From: Abditibacteriaceae bacterium
GTDB taxonomy: Bacteria > Armatimonadota > Abditibacteriia > Abditibacteriales > Abditibacteriaceae
NCBI GenBank assembly: GCA_965277285.1
Contig: OZ255721.1
Location: 3,136,001-3,200,000, forward strand
Direction: 5' to 3'
DNA: 64,000 nucleotides
This document shows, in pieces, positions 28,778-38,339 of the stretch. The notes under the pieces are model-generated. The model saw only the letters and a program-made list of their open reading frames with translations. It ran no database searches and was not told the origin of the DNA. The first letter of the stretch is position 1. The number at the start of each line of letters is the position of its first letter. The position numbers were made by a program, and so were the translations under genes.

Positions 28778-29554
28778 ATGAGCGAAGGAATTTTGGCGGG
28801 AAAAGTTGGCATTGTGTGTGGCGTGGCGAACAAGCGCAGCATCGCGTGGGCGATTGCTCAAGCGTGGGCCGAAGCGGGCGCGACCTTGATTTTTAGTTAT
28901 CAGGGCGAGCGCGTGAAGGAAAATGTCGAAGAATTGGCGAGCACTTTTGGCAACGATGTCGCGCTGTTTCCGTGCGATGTTGCGAGCGACGAAGAAGTCG
29001 ACAAGTTCTTTGAATTTGTGAAATCGAAAACCGAGCGCGTCGATTTGTTGTTGCATTCGGTCGCGTTTGCGCCCAAAGAAGCGATGTCCGAGCCGTTCGT
29101 GCAAACCTCGCGCGAGGCGTTTCGCGTGGCGCACGATGTCAGCGCTTATTCTCTGGTCGCTCTGGCGCGCGGCGTCGAACCTTTGATGACAAACGGCGGC
29201 GCCATTATCTCGATGACCTATCACGGCAGCACCAAAGTGATGCCCAACTACAACGTGATGGGCGTCGCCAAGGCCGCGCTTGAAGCGAGTACGCGCTATC
29301 TGGCTTATGATTTGGGCGCGAAAAACATCCGCGTCAATTGCATCAGCGCTGGCCCGACGAATACCCTCGCGGCGCGCGGCATCGCCGGTTTCACCACGAT
29401 GTTGAGCCATGCGCGCGACAAAGCGCCCATCGAATGGAAAGGTGAATCGCAGGAGTTGGCCGGAACCGGCGTTTTCCTGGCCAGCGATGCCGCTCGCAAA
29501 ATCACCGGACAAGTGATTTACGTCGATGGCGGCTACGAAATCATGGGAATGTGA
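28778..29554 (+). CDS. fabI: Enoyl-ACP reductase
   Basis: GVANKRSIAWAIA, HSVAFAP, YNVMGVAKAALE and ISAGP. Confidence 0.96.
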   Translation: MSEGILAGKVGIVCGVANKRSIAWAIAQAWAEAGATLIFSYQGERVKENVEELASTFGNDVALFPCDVASDEEVDKFFEFVKSKTERVDLLLHSVAFAPKEAMSEPFVQTSREAFRVAHDVSAYSLVALARGVEPLMTNGGAIISMTYHGSTKVMPNYNVMGVAKAALEASTRYLAYDLGAKNIRVNCISAGPTNTLAARGIAGFTTMLSHARDKAPIEWKGESQELAGTGVFLASDAARKITGQVIYVDGGYEIMGM

Positions 29555-29555
29555 G

Positions 29556-29773
29556 AGTTCTTTGTTTTAAGTTCTCAGTTTTGAGTTGAGGCCGATTTAA
29601 CTTAAAACTGAAAGTTAGTTTGCAAAGTGGAAACAAGGTAAAAGGCGTGGAACTTTGTCATTCTGACGGTGCTCTCTGGGCAGTGCGAAGAATCTGACTT
29701 GAAGTTAGATTCTTCGTTTCGTGCTGTTTTCTCCTTTGCAAACTGATTCTGAAAACTCAAAATTGAGAACTGA
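29556..29773. repeat. Composite spacer: heptamer arrays bracketing a family B (TGTCATTCTGA..GCGAAGAATCT) element
   Basis: agttctcagttttgagtt ... aactcaaaattgagaact surrounds tttgtcattctga..gcgaagaatct..agattcttcg at 29654-29716. Confidence 0.7.
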
Positions 29774-29777
29774 TTTT

Positions 29778-30398
29778 ATGACTATCGGCATTCTCGCTTT
29801 GCAAGGCGATTATCAGGCGCATCGCGCGGTTCTCGAAGGTTTGTCCGCTGTGGATCGAGTACTCGAAGTGCGCGATACGAACGCGTTGCAGCAATGCGAC
29901 GGGCTGATTCTTCCAGGTGGCGAAAGCACGACGATGAGTCGTTTGTGTGATCGTTACGGTTTGTGGGAGCCGTTGCAAGAAAGGTTGCGAAGCGGCATGG
30001 GCGCGCTGGGAACGTGCGCCGGTTTGATTTTGCTGGCGAAAAACCTGCAGGGCGCGACGCGCAATTTCGAGCAGAAAACGTTGGGCGCGCTTGATGTGGA
30101 TGTGGCGCGCAACGCTTATGGTGCGCAGATCGAATCGTTTGAAACTGATCTGTCGCTGGAAAACGATTTGCCAGAAAATGACGAAACTCCCGATTCGACG
30201 ATATTGCGCGCCGTATTTATTCGCGCGCCGCGTATTGTGCGTTGTGGTGAAACGGTTCAGGTTTTGGCGCGTTTCAACGACGAAGCCGTCGCGGTGCAGC
30301 AAGGGAGAATCGTCGGCGCGGCGTTTCATCCCGAAATCGCGGGCGAAACACGTTTGCACGAATTGTGGTTACGTTCTTTGTCAGAAAACGCGATCTGA
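29778..30398 (+). CDS. pdxT: PLP synthase glutaminase subunit
   Basis: IGILALQGD, LPGGESTT, GTCAGLILLA, RNAYG, AVFIRAP and FHPE. Confidence 0.95.
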   Translation: MTIGILALQGDYQAHRAVLEGLSAVDRVLEVRDTNALQQCDGLILPGGESTTMSRLCDRYGLWEPLQERLRSGMGALGTCAGLILLAKNLQGATRNFEQKTLGALDVDVARNAYGAQIESFETDLSLENDLPENDETPDSTILRAVFIRAPRIVRCGETVQVLARFNDEAVAVQQGRIVGAAFHPEIAGETRLHELWLRSLSENAI

Positions 30399-30492
30399 AA
30401 AATCGTGACGTTCATTGTTAAAACGCCAAGCGTTCAAAACGAAAACATCGCTCACTGCACAGCGCCAGAATCCGGCTCAATTTCCCTTTCCG

Positions 30493-31647
30493 ATGAATGT
30501 TCGCTCTTCTCCGCAAATTGCGGCTTTGATGGCAGCGGCGCTGCTGGCGCTGGGATTTGCGGTCGGCTACGGGTTTCACACGACGCAAACTTCATCGACC
30601 AACAACGCCATCAACAACGTGAGTTCGGGCGAATCGAGTACTGGAAATGCGACGAAAACGGGAAAAACGCCGCCGATTGTGAAAGGCTTGCATGTTTCGC
30701 CCAACGGACAACGCGTCGCATTTACGGCGGTTTATCGCAACGGCGATTTGTCGAGCCGCTTTGTGCTCGATTTGAAAAGTGGAAAATATGAGGTGCGACC
30801 AGCGCCGCGCGGATGGCAGGATTTCATCGTTCAATGGAGCCGCAACGGTCAAAGTTTGCTGTTCGACCGCGAGAAAATTCCCGACAGCGTGGCCGATACG
30901 CAGCCCGGATTGCACGAAGAAAATCTCGCGGAGAAAGCAGCGCCGCGCGCCTTAACTCCAGCGGGAACGTTGCCTTCCGGCGAGAAATCAATCGCAGGTT
31001 TGTGGACGCCGAACGGCGAACTCATCGTTAAAACGCGGCGCGAACCCAAAGCCCTGTTCCTCGTACGCGATGGACAGACGAAGTTGCTCGACCGCGCGAA
31101 CGTAACGTATTATCAAAACCGCGCAGTCCGCGAAAATGGGCATGATGTGTTTTATATCGTGCGCGATGTGCCTCAAGTGAAAAATCAAAACGCGCTCTTT
31201 CGCATTGAAAATGGGCGGGCACAGCAAATCAGTACGCTGTTGGGGAAAATTACTTGGGCTTACATCGCGGAAAATGCGCGATGGCTGATCATCTGCCGCA
31301 CGCAAGACGGCACGTCCGATTGGCAATGGACGTTGTATCGCGTTTCACCGCGTTCAGCAACGCTTTCGAGTACTCGAAGTGTCCCAGCGGACGTGATTTC
31401 CGTGTTCTGGTCGCCCGACTTCAAAAATATTTTGGGCGCCAGCGGCGACAAATTGTGGGCGATTGACATTCCTTCTCTGCAAACGCGGCAAATCGGCCAG
31501 AAAAGCAACTGGAACGCCGATGACGCCGGCTGGTTGCCAGGCCAAAAAGCTGTTCTGGTCGCCGCGCGCGGCATTTTGTGGCAAGTCGATCTGGCCAATG
31601 GAAGCGCGCACGCGATCTGGAAATTCCCCGCTTCCTATTGGAACTAA
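30493..31647 (+). CDS. Membrane-anchored beta-propeller (TolB-like) hypothetical protein
   Basis: N-terminal TM helix and repeated SPNG/WSRNG/WTPNG/WSPD blade motifs. Confidence 0.7.
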   Translation: MNVRSSPQIAALMAAALLALGFAVGYGFHTTQTSSTNNAINNVSSGESSTGNATKTGKTPPIVKGLHVSPNGQRVAFTAVYRNGDLSSRFVLDLKSGKYEVRPAPRGWQDFIVQWSRNGQSLLFDREKIPDSVADTQPGLHEENLAEKAAPRALTPAGTLPSGEKSIAGLWTPNGELIVKTRREPKALFLVRDGQTKLLDRANVTYYQNRAVRENGHDVFYIVRDVPQVKNQNALFRIENGRAQQISTLLGKITWAYIAENARWLIICRTQDGTSDWQWTLYRVSPRSATLSSTRSVPADVISVFWSPDFKNILGASGDKLWAIDIPSLQTRQIGQKSNWNADDAGWLPGQKAVLVAARGILWQVDLANGSAHAIWKFPASYWN

Positions 31648-31963
31648 AACTTCCGTTCAAAAATATGCGCCGAATGTGGAATAACTTCCATACGCTTGAC
31701 AAGGCGGAGCGCAGCTTCTACAAGCAGGTCTTTGCAAAAAAGCCATAAACAAGTTTGTTTGCTCCTTAAAATTCAGACTTTGCTACCAATGTCTGAATAT
31801 ACAAGCGTCTTCTTTCAAATGAAATGTCAAATGAAAAGCGTCGTGGCAAGATTGTTGCGCGATAGCTTTGGACAGTTTTGACGAAACGCTTGATTTCCTG
31901 TTACACAATAGAAAGGTGGTTCTGTGACAATCGCCTATGAAGCTCTTTTGAGAGGTTACGATT

Positions 31964-33565
31964 ATGGCTCTTTTTCCTGGTGGAGGAATGCGTTCGCGTG
32001 TTGGTTCGGCGCCGCCTGCGAACGTCGAATTGGACGACGACACGATTTACTCGCACATTGAAAGTTCTCGTCCCCAAGCGCGCACAACGAGTACTGTAAA
32101 TGGTGCCGCGCGGCGCGATGCACCCAACAATAACGGTGTTAATGGTGCGCGCGCCAACGGTACCGCCAATGGAAATGCCAATGGCGCTTCGGCGAACGGC
32201 GCTTCGGCGAACGGAACAGCCAACGGCGCGGCGAATGGTGCGCCTGTGGGCACTTTTGTCGCGCACCATGGCGCGATGGAAATCGATACGGAAGACGAAG
32301 ATTTCGATGACGAAATGCTGCGTCTTTCGCACAAGGTTCACACGGTTTTGGTGGATGAATTGGGCGGTCAACAATTTCGTTCGGACGACCGCGACCGTTT
32401 GCGCCCGATTGCGCAGCAAGTGATGAACGATTTATTGCAGGACGAAAAGCCTCTCATGCCGCGCCGCAAAGCCGCCTTGTTGGAGCTCGTCCTGGATGAA
32501 GTGCTGGGTTTTGGGCCTTTGACATATTTGTTGAATGACAATTCGATTACGGAAATCATGGTCAATTCGCCGACTGATGTGTTCATCGAGCGAAAAGGCA
32601 AAATCAAGCGTTCGAGGCGCAAGTTCATTGACGAGCGCCATGTGATGAACATCATCGACCGCGTGGTGCGACCTTTGGGCAAGCAGGCGAACGCGCGCAC
32701 GCCGATGGTGGATGGACGCTTGCCGGACGGCAGCCGCGTCAACATCGTGATTCCGCCGCTGGCTCTCAAAGGGCCGGGCATGAGCATTCGTAAGTTTTTC
32801 AAGAAGAAGTTCGATGCCGATGACATGATCGCTTTCGGCTCGATGACGCAGGAAATGAAAATGTTTTTGGAAGCGGCGGTCAAAGGTCGCATGAACATTA
32901 TTATTGCGGGCGGCACCGGCAGCGGAAAAACGACGACGCTCAACATGACGAGCAATTTTATTCCGCAGGACGAGCGCGTTGTCACAGTTGAAGACGCAGC
33001 GGAATTGCAGGTCAGTTTGCCCAACCTGGTGACGCTGGAATCGCGGCCCGCCAATATCGAAGGCGAAGGCGAAGTGACGATCCGCGATCTGGTGCGCAAC
33101 GCCTTGCGTATGCGTCCCGACCGCATTATTGTCGGCGAATGTCGCGGCGGCGAAACCATCGATATGTTGCAGGCGATGAACACGGGCCACGATGGCAGCT
33201 TGAGTACGGTCCACTCGAACACGCCGCGCGACACGATTTCACGCTTGGAAACCTTGAGTTTGATGTCGGGATTGGATTTGCCGGTGCGCGTCATTTCCAA
33301 GCAGATTTCCAGCGCCATCCAATTGATTGTGCAGCAGGCGCGTTTGAGCGACGGCACGCGCAAAATCACGCATATCACAGAAGTGCAGGGCATGGAAGGC
33401 GAAACGATTTTGCTGCAAGACATTTTTATCTTCGAGCAAACCGGGCGCGGCGCGGATGGCAAAGTGATTGGCGCACATCGCAAAACGGGTTATCGCCCGC
33501 GTTGCGTCCCACAAATCGAGGCCGCCGGTTATCCTTTGCCGCGCGAATTGTTCTCGCCCGATTGA
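31964..33565 (+). CDS. cpaF: Flp/Tad pilus assembly ATPase CpaF/TadA
   Basis: Walker A GGTGSGKTT, VEDAAEL, LRMRPDRIIVGE and AMNTGHDGS. Confidence 0.95.
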   Translation: MALFPGGGMRSRVGSAPPANVELDDDTIYSHIESSRPQARTTSTVNGAARRDAPNNNGVNGARANGTANGNANGASANGASANGTANGAANGAPVGTFVAHHGAMEIDTEDEDFDDEMLRLSHKVHTVLVDELGGQQFRSDDRDRLRPIAQQVMNDLLQDEKPLMPRRKAALLELVLDEVLGFGPLTYLLNDNSITEIMVNSPTDVFIERKGKIKRSRRKFIDERHVMNIIDRVVRPLGKQANARTPMVDGRLPDGSRVNIVIPPLALKGPGMSIRKFFKKKFDADDMIAFGSMTQEMKMFLEAAVKGRMNIIIAGGTGSGKTTTLNMTSNFIPQDERVVTVEDAAELQVSLPNLVTLESRPANIEGEGEVTIRDLVRNALRMRPDRIIVGECRGGETIDMLQAMNTGHDGSLSTVHSNTPRDTISRLETLSLMSGLDLPVRVISKQISSAIQLIVQQARLSDGTRKITHITEVQGMEGETILLQDIFIFEQTGRGADGKVIGAHRKTGYRPRCVPQIEAAGYPLPRELFSPD

Positions 33566-33658
33566 TTTTGATTGATCGAGTGCTTGAATCGAGTACTCGA
33601 TGCGTGATTTGGAAAGCGGGTTGTCGTCAATTGTTCAATTAAGCAAGGAGTATCCTCT

Positions 33659-34624
33659 ATGGACCCGATGTATTTGATTGGGGGAGTGTTCGTTGTTGTT
33701 TTGGTGGCTTTGGGCGCGGTGAAATTGCGCAAGCCGGCCACCGTGACGAGCGACGGGCTGTCGGTGGAAGCGATGCAGGCGGTGGTGGCGCGCAAAGACC
33801 ACCCTGACAGTTGGATTGAGCGCGTGATGCGCGGTCGTCAGGGGCGCAGCGCGACTGAGCGCAACCTCATCACGGCGGGCTTGGCGATCAAACCGGCTGA
33901 ATTTATTGGCGCGAACTTGTTTTTCCTGGTTCTGGTGCTGATTGCCGATGCGCTTTTTATGAGCCATGTGCAAATCGGCAAAGGCTTGTGGGGCTTGGCG
34001 CAAATCGGTTTTGCGCTGGTGGCGCTGCCTTTTATTGGCTGGAGATTGCCGCAGATGACGCTGCAGTTTTTGGCGAATCGGCGCCGCATGAAATTGGAAA
34101 TCCAGTTGTCGGAAGCTTTGACGCTGGTCGCTTCGAGCTTGAAGGGCGGTTATTCGTTCATTCAAGGTTTGAGCCAGGCGACCGAGCAATTGCAGCCGCC
34201 GATTACAGATGAAATCTCGCGCGTGGTGCGCTTGATTCAATTGGGTTTGGACACGCCGCGCGCTCTCGAACAAATGGCGGAGCGCGTCAACTCCTACGAT
34301 TTCGACATGACCGTCAGCGCCACCAATATCCAATTGGCTTCGGGCGGCAACCTCGCGCAATTGTTGGAGAAAATCTCTGAAACCATACGTGATCGCATTC
34401 GCTTGCGCCGCGACATCGCGGTTTTGACGGCGCAGGGACGCATGAGCGGCGCTATTTTGATCGCGCTTCCCGTTTGTATCGCGCTGATGCTGAACATCAT
34501 CAACCACGAATACTTCCTGCCGCTTTACACCACGGATCTGGGCAAAAGTATGCTGATCGGCGCGGCTTTGATGCAGTCGATCGGTATTTACTGGATTAAG
34601 AAACTACTTGATTTCGACAACTAA
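33659..34624 (+). CDS. tadB: TadB-like T2SS F-family membrane protein
   Basis: QLSEAL..SSLKGGYS, GGNLAQLLE and LTAQGRMS; follows cpaF. Confidence 0.9.
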   Translation: MDPMYLIGGVFVVVLVALGAVKLRKPATVTSDGLSVEAMQAVVARKDHPDSWIERVMRGRQGRSATERNLITAGLAIKPAEFIGANLFFLVLVLIADALFMSHVQIGKGLWGLAQIGFALVALPFIGWRLPQMTLQFLANRRRMKLEIQLSEALTLVASSLKGGYSFIQGLSQATEQLQPPITDEISRVVRLIQLGLDTPRALEQMAERVNSYDFDMTVSATNIQLASGGNLAQLLEKISETIRDRIRLRRDIAVLTAQGRMSGAILIALPVCIALMLNIINHEYFLPLYTTDLGKSMLIGAALMQSIGIYWIKKLLDFDN

Positions 34625-34672
34625 CGAACGAATGTCGAGTACTCGAAAACGAAATTTTGAAGGAGAATAACA

Positions 34673-35680
34673 ATGCATTTTTCACCTCCGCCAACAACTT
34701 TGCTGATCTTGGTCTGGGTCGGATTTATAGTGTGTTTCGGCCTGCTGATGCTGGGTCAATATGCGCGTAGCGGTTTTCAAAAGCGCATGGCACAAACAGT
34801 GCGTCCAAACGACGCGGCTTTGCAAGAAGTGCTGGACGAACGGCACGAAGAAGAAATGAGTCGCAGTCTGATCCAGCGCAGCCTGGGTCCGACTTTCACA
34901 AAATTGGGTCGTTCTGCTGCCAAGCAAATTAAAACGGCGCAAGGCTCACAATTGCGCGATATGCTGGAACAAGCGGGTCATCCCTGGGGCATGGGCCTGG
35001 CCGAATTCCTGGGTTTCAAAACCTTTTGCCTGCTCGCGATGGTTGGACTTGGTTTGCTCACCTTTCCTTTTGTAGTACCATTTCTGGCCGGATTCTTTCC
35101 CGTTCCTTCCATTCTCATCATCGGTATTTACGCGATGACGTGCGCTTTCATCGGCTATTCTGGCCCGACGTTCTGGTTGCGCAAGGTTATCAACAAGCGC
35201 ATCAAGCAGATTCGGAAATCGATGGCCGATGTGGTCGACTTGATCGTTTTGGGCATCGAAGCGGGTCTGGGTTTCGACTCGGCTGTCGGCAAAACTGTCG
35301 AGAAAACGAAAGGCCCCTTGACGGATGAACTGAAGCGCGTGCTGGCTGAAGTGAACGTCGGTCGCTCGCAGGGCGAAGCCTTTAAAGACATGGCGCAACG
35401 CGTGCGTATGAACGACCTGACGTTGCTGGTCGCAGCGATTGACCAAGCGATGCGCATGGGCGTCGGATTGGCACAAGCGTTACGTTTGCAGGCGACGGAA
35501 ATCCGCGAAAAGCGCATGGCGTATATCCGCGAGCAAGCTGGAAAACTTCCGGTCAAAATGATGCTGCCGCTGGTTTTGTTCATCTTCCCCGCGTTGTTCA
35601 TCATCATCCTCGGCCCCGCCGTTTGCCAGATGGCGCAAATGTCGGCCAACGGCGAACTGTCGATGTTCAACGCTCATTAA
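34673..35680 (+). CDS. tadC: TadC-like T2SS F-family membrane protein
   Basis: DLIVLGIEAGLGFDSA and AGKLPVKMMLPLVLFIFP. Confidence 0.9.
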   Translation: MHFSPPPTTLLILVWVGFIVCFGLLMLGQYARSGFQKRMAQTVRPNDAALQEVLDERHEEEMSRSLIQRSLGPTFTKLGRSAAKQIKTAQGSQLRDMLEQAGHPWGMGLAEFLGFKTFCLLAMVGLGLLTFPFVVPFLAGFFPVPSILIIGIYAMTCAFIGYSGPTFWLRKVINKRIKQIRKSMADVVDLIVLGIEAGLGFDSAVGKTVEKTKGPLTDELKRVLAEVNVGRSQGEAFKDMAQRVRMNDLTLLVAAIDQAMRMGVGLAQALRLQATEIREKRMAYIREQAGKLPVKMMLPLVLFIFPALFIIILGPAVCQMAQMSANGELSMFNAH

Positions 35681-35698
35681 CCCCAGATTTGTCGATCC

Positions 35699-35742
35699 AA
35701 AGGGCGATTTCGGGTGCTTTCGAGTACTCGCAATCGCCTTTT
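35699..35742 (+). terminator. Intrinsic terminator after tadC, built from a palindrome doublet with a TTCG loop
   Basis: aaagggcgatt-t-cgggtgct-TTCG-agtactcg-c-aatcgcctttt. Confidence 0.7.
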
Positions 35743-35757
35743 GCTTTGATTTTTACC

Positions 35758-36282
35758 ATGAAACCCATTCGATATGTCATTGGAGACGCCACGCAGCCGC
35801 AAGGCGATGGCGCCAAGATCATCGCGCACGTTTGTAACGATAGTGGAGATTGGCCTTCCTACAACGATAAAGGCTTTATGCTGTCGGTTTCAAAACGCTG
35901 GGAAAAACCAGGTCGAGCATTCCGCCGTTGGTATTGCGAACGGTCTAAAAACGATTTCGCCTTAGGTGCTGTGCAGTTGGTTCCTGTTGAAGAAAATTTG
36001 TGGGTTGCCAATATGATTTGCAGTCGCGGATACGGAGCCGTTAGAGGACAACATACTGCCAAGCCAATTCAGTACAATGCTGTTGATCGAGTACTCGAAA
36101 TTCTGGGCGACAGATCTCTTGAACTAAACGCTTCAGTTCATATGCCGCGCATCGGCTGCGGTTTGGCGGGCGGAAAATGGAAGTGGATCGAACCAAAGAT
36201 CGAAAAACATCTTTCGACGCGAGATATTGCCGTTGTGGTTTACGATTTGGAGAAGACATTCCATCCAGAACGCCAAGCGTAA
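35758..36282 (+). CDS. Macro domain protein (Appr-1-p processing, Poa1p-like)
   Basis: YVIGDAT, IIAHVCND and SVHMPRIGCGLAGGKW. Confidence 0.9.
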   Translation: MKPIRYVIGDATQPQGDGAKIIAHVCNDSGDWPSYNDKGFMLSVSKRWEKPGRAFRRWYCERSKNDFALGAVQLVPVEENLWVANMICSRGYGAVRGQHTAKPIQYNAVDRVLEILGDRSLELNASVHMPRIGCGLAGGKWKWIEPKIEKHLSTRDIAVVVYDLEKTFHPERQA

Positions 36283-36335
36283 GCGCGGGGCTAAATTAGC
36301 AGTTACATCAGCCCCGCGCTCACACTTGGGTTTTT
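36267..36335. repeat. REP-doublet hairpin (family A variant)
   Basis: agaacgccaagcgtaagcgcggggct ... agccccgcgctcacacttgggtttt. Confidence 0.65.
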
Positions 36336-36395
36336 GAAACAATCATTTGTGGCCGTGTTCCAATTGAAAGCTGAGAAACCAATTGGATATCAGAC

Positions 36396-36437
36396 AGAAA
36401 AACTCCGCTATCGAGTACTCGATAGCGGAGTTTTTCT
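36396..36437. terminator. Perfect 42-bp palindrome (bidirectional terminator) centred on ATCGAGTACTCGAT
   Basis: agaaaaactccgctatcgagt|actcgatagcggagtttttct, between convergent genes. Confidence 0.85.
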
Positions 36438-36450
36438 ACTTATGCCGAAC

Positions 36451-38001
36451 TTATTGCATACGACGTGCGGCAACGAAAATGTTCCAGTTGCGGCGGTCGG
36501 ACAAGCGCGACACCATAACTTGGCGTCCATGTCCGCTGGCGTGAACGAACAAGCCGTTACCCATGTAAAGGCCGGTGTGGTCGATGCGTGTGCCACTGGC
36601 GGAGAAATAAAGGCGATCTCCGGGCTGCAAATCGGCGGGTTGAACCGGAATGCCAACGCGCGCTTGTTCGGCGGCTGTGCGCGGCAACTGATAGCCGCAC
36701 GCCGCAAACGCATGTTGCACCAAGCTCGAGCAATCGATGCCGTTACGACCTTCGCCGCCATAAACATAGCGTGTGCCGAGCCATTTCAAGGCTTGTGTCA
36801 CCATCGGGTTGCTGCTTTGCCAGCTGCCGTTATAGCTCAGTTCCGCGTCGTTGCCGCCGACGTTCGCCACAATTTGCGAAGAGACATCGACATTTTGGCC
36901 GGTGAAGCGCAAATAGCGCGTCGGAACCCAGCCTGTGCTGCGGTCACTCATCAAAATCGCCGACCAAGGGCCGCTTTGCTGCGTTACCGCGATTTCAGTT
37001 CCTGTCGAGCAGGAATACAACGTCACGGCGTCCGATTCGGGCAGGCGACGAATGCGCGCTCCGGTGCGAACAATGCGCGCGACTTGCGCCGTCGGGATGA
37101 GCGTCGCGCGTTGCGCTGGCGTGCTGCGCGGCTGCAATCGGGAAAGCGGCGTGCCCGTCACATTCGCATCTTCATCGGGCGAAATAACGCGCGCGCCATC
37201 CAAACGAGCGCCACCGCGCGTCATGTTCGGCGAAGGAACGTAACTGCGCGAAGACAACGAAGTCGGGCCACGACGCGTGTTGTAGTTGTACGATTGAGTA
37301 CTCGATTCGGGCTGCGTCGCGCCAGGCGTGGTGTAAAGCGGCGGCTGGAACGTGGGCAGCGGCATTCCGCCCTCGTCTTGCGCGATTGAACGCACCGTAC
37401 TCGCTGTTTTTGCGTCTGAGGGCGCGCTATAGCTGAGACTTTGCACCGGAATGACCAGCGTGCGCCCGACCGTTAAATTCTCGCTGCCCGGATTCTTGCT
37501 GCGAATTGCGTCCGCCGTCACGGGATAACCGGCTGCCGTGTGACGGTTGGCAATCGATTCAATAGTGTCGCCGGATTGAACCGTATAAAGAAACGATTTC
37601 GTGATGGTTCCGCGACCAGACGCCTGATCGTCATTGTTGGAAGCGAAACCCGAAGCCATATAACCATTGGAACGCGGCGCGAACGATGCGCTGGATGTTG
37701 TTGTTACCGAAGTCGTGACCGAAGTCGTCACGCGCGACCGAGTACTCGAAACGCTTTTTTCCTTGCCGTCGGGAATGCGCAGCAACATCGAAGGTAAGGC
37801 ATCGCTGTCGCTGACATCTTGCAGTTTGTTCAAAGAACGCAACGTTTCGGCGCTCAAATGGTACTTTGTGGCTACCGATTGCAAGGTTTCGCCGCTTTCA
37901 ACGGCATGATACAAATCAGCGTGCGCCGGAACAGAAAGGAGGGAAACGAGGGGGAAACTTAGGGCAATAACGCCGATCATCCAATGGTTACGCTTCGTCA
38001 T
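36451..38001 (-). CDS. LysM-LysM-SH3-NlpC/P60 peptidoglycan endopeptidase
   Basis: Signal peptide, two LysM domains (HAVESGETL, YTVQSGDTI), SH3 (TGWVPTRYL) and NlpC/P60 (YVYGG..IDCSS, DHTGLY, FVHAS). Confidence 0.92.
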   Translation of the reverse strand: MTKRNHWMIGVIALSFPLVSLLSVPAHADLYHAVESGETLQSVATKYHLSAETLRSLNKLQDVSDSDALPSMLLRIPDGKEKSVSSTRSRVTTSVTTSVTTTSSASFAPRSNGYMASGFASNNDDQASGRGTITKSFLYTVQSGDTIESIANRHTAAGYPVTADAIRSKNPGSENLTVGRTLVIPVQSLSYSAPSDAKTASTVRSIAQDEGGMPLPTFQPPLYTTPGATQPESSTQSYNYNTRRGPTSLSSRSYVPSPNMTRGGARLDGARVISPDEDANVTGTPLSRLQPRSTPAQRATLIPTAQVARIVRTGARIRRLPESDAVTLYSCSTGTEIAVTQQSGPWSAILMSDRSTGWVPTRYLRFTGQNVDVSSQIVANVGGNDAELSYNGSWQSSNPMVTQALKWLGTRYVYGGEGRNGIDCSSLVQHAFAACGYQLPRTAAEQARVGIPVQPADLQPGDRLYFSASGTRIDHTGLYMGNGLFVHASGHGRQVMVSRLSDRRNWNIFVAARRMQ

Positions 38002-38284
38002 TCAGAAAATCTCCTGCAAAAACTTTTGTTGTCTGCCGACTTTGGCATTCATTTTGCCAAAAGCCGCGAAAGAGAAGGCGAGTGCGCGTTTCTCGAAGAC
38101 AATCTCGAAGAAACACTCCGGTCTGAGCCGATTAAACCTAAGCAGCAACACTTTGACCAGGTTTAACCAAGCAAGAAAAAGCGACTATCGGCTTTCGCTT
38201 GTCAACTTACGTTGTATTTGCCACAGTTGACGGCAATTATACGCATCTTTTCCATGTAAAGTCAAGATTTTTAATCAAATACCG

Positions 38285-38326
38285 AAAAAGCCCGACGAGT
38301 ACTCGAAAGAAAGCTCGTCGGGCTTT
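38285..38326 (-). terminator. Intrinsic terminator after glyA containing a palindrome core
   Basis: aaaaagcccgaCGAGTACTCGaaagaaagctcgtcgggcttt. Confidence 0.8.
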
Positions 38327-38339
38327 GTGTTTGTAAGCT

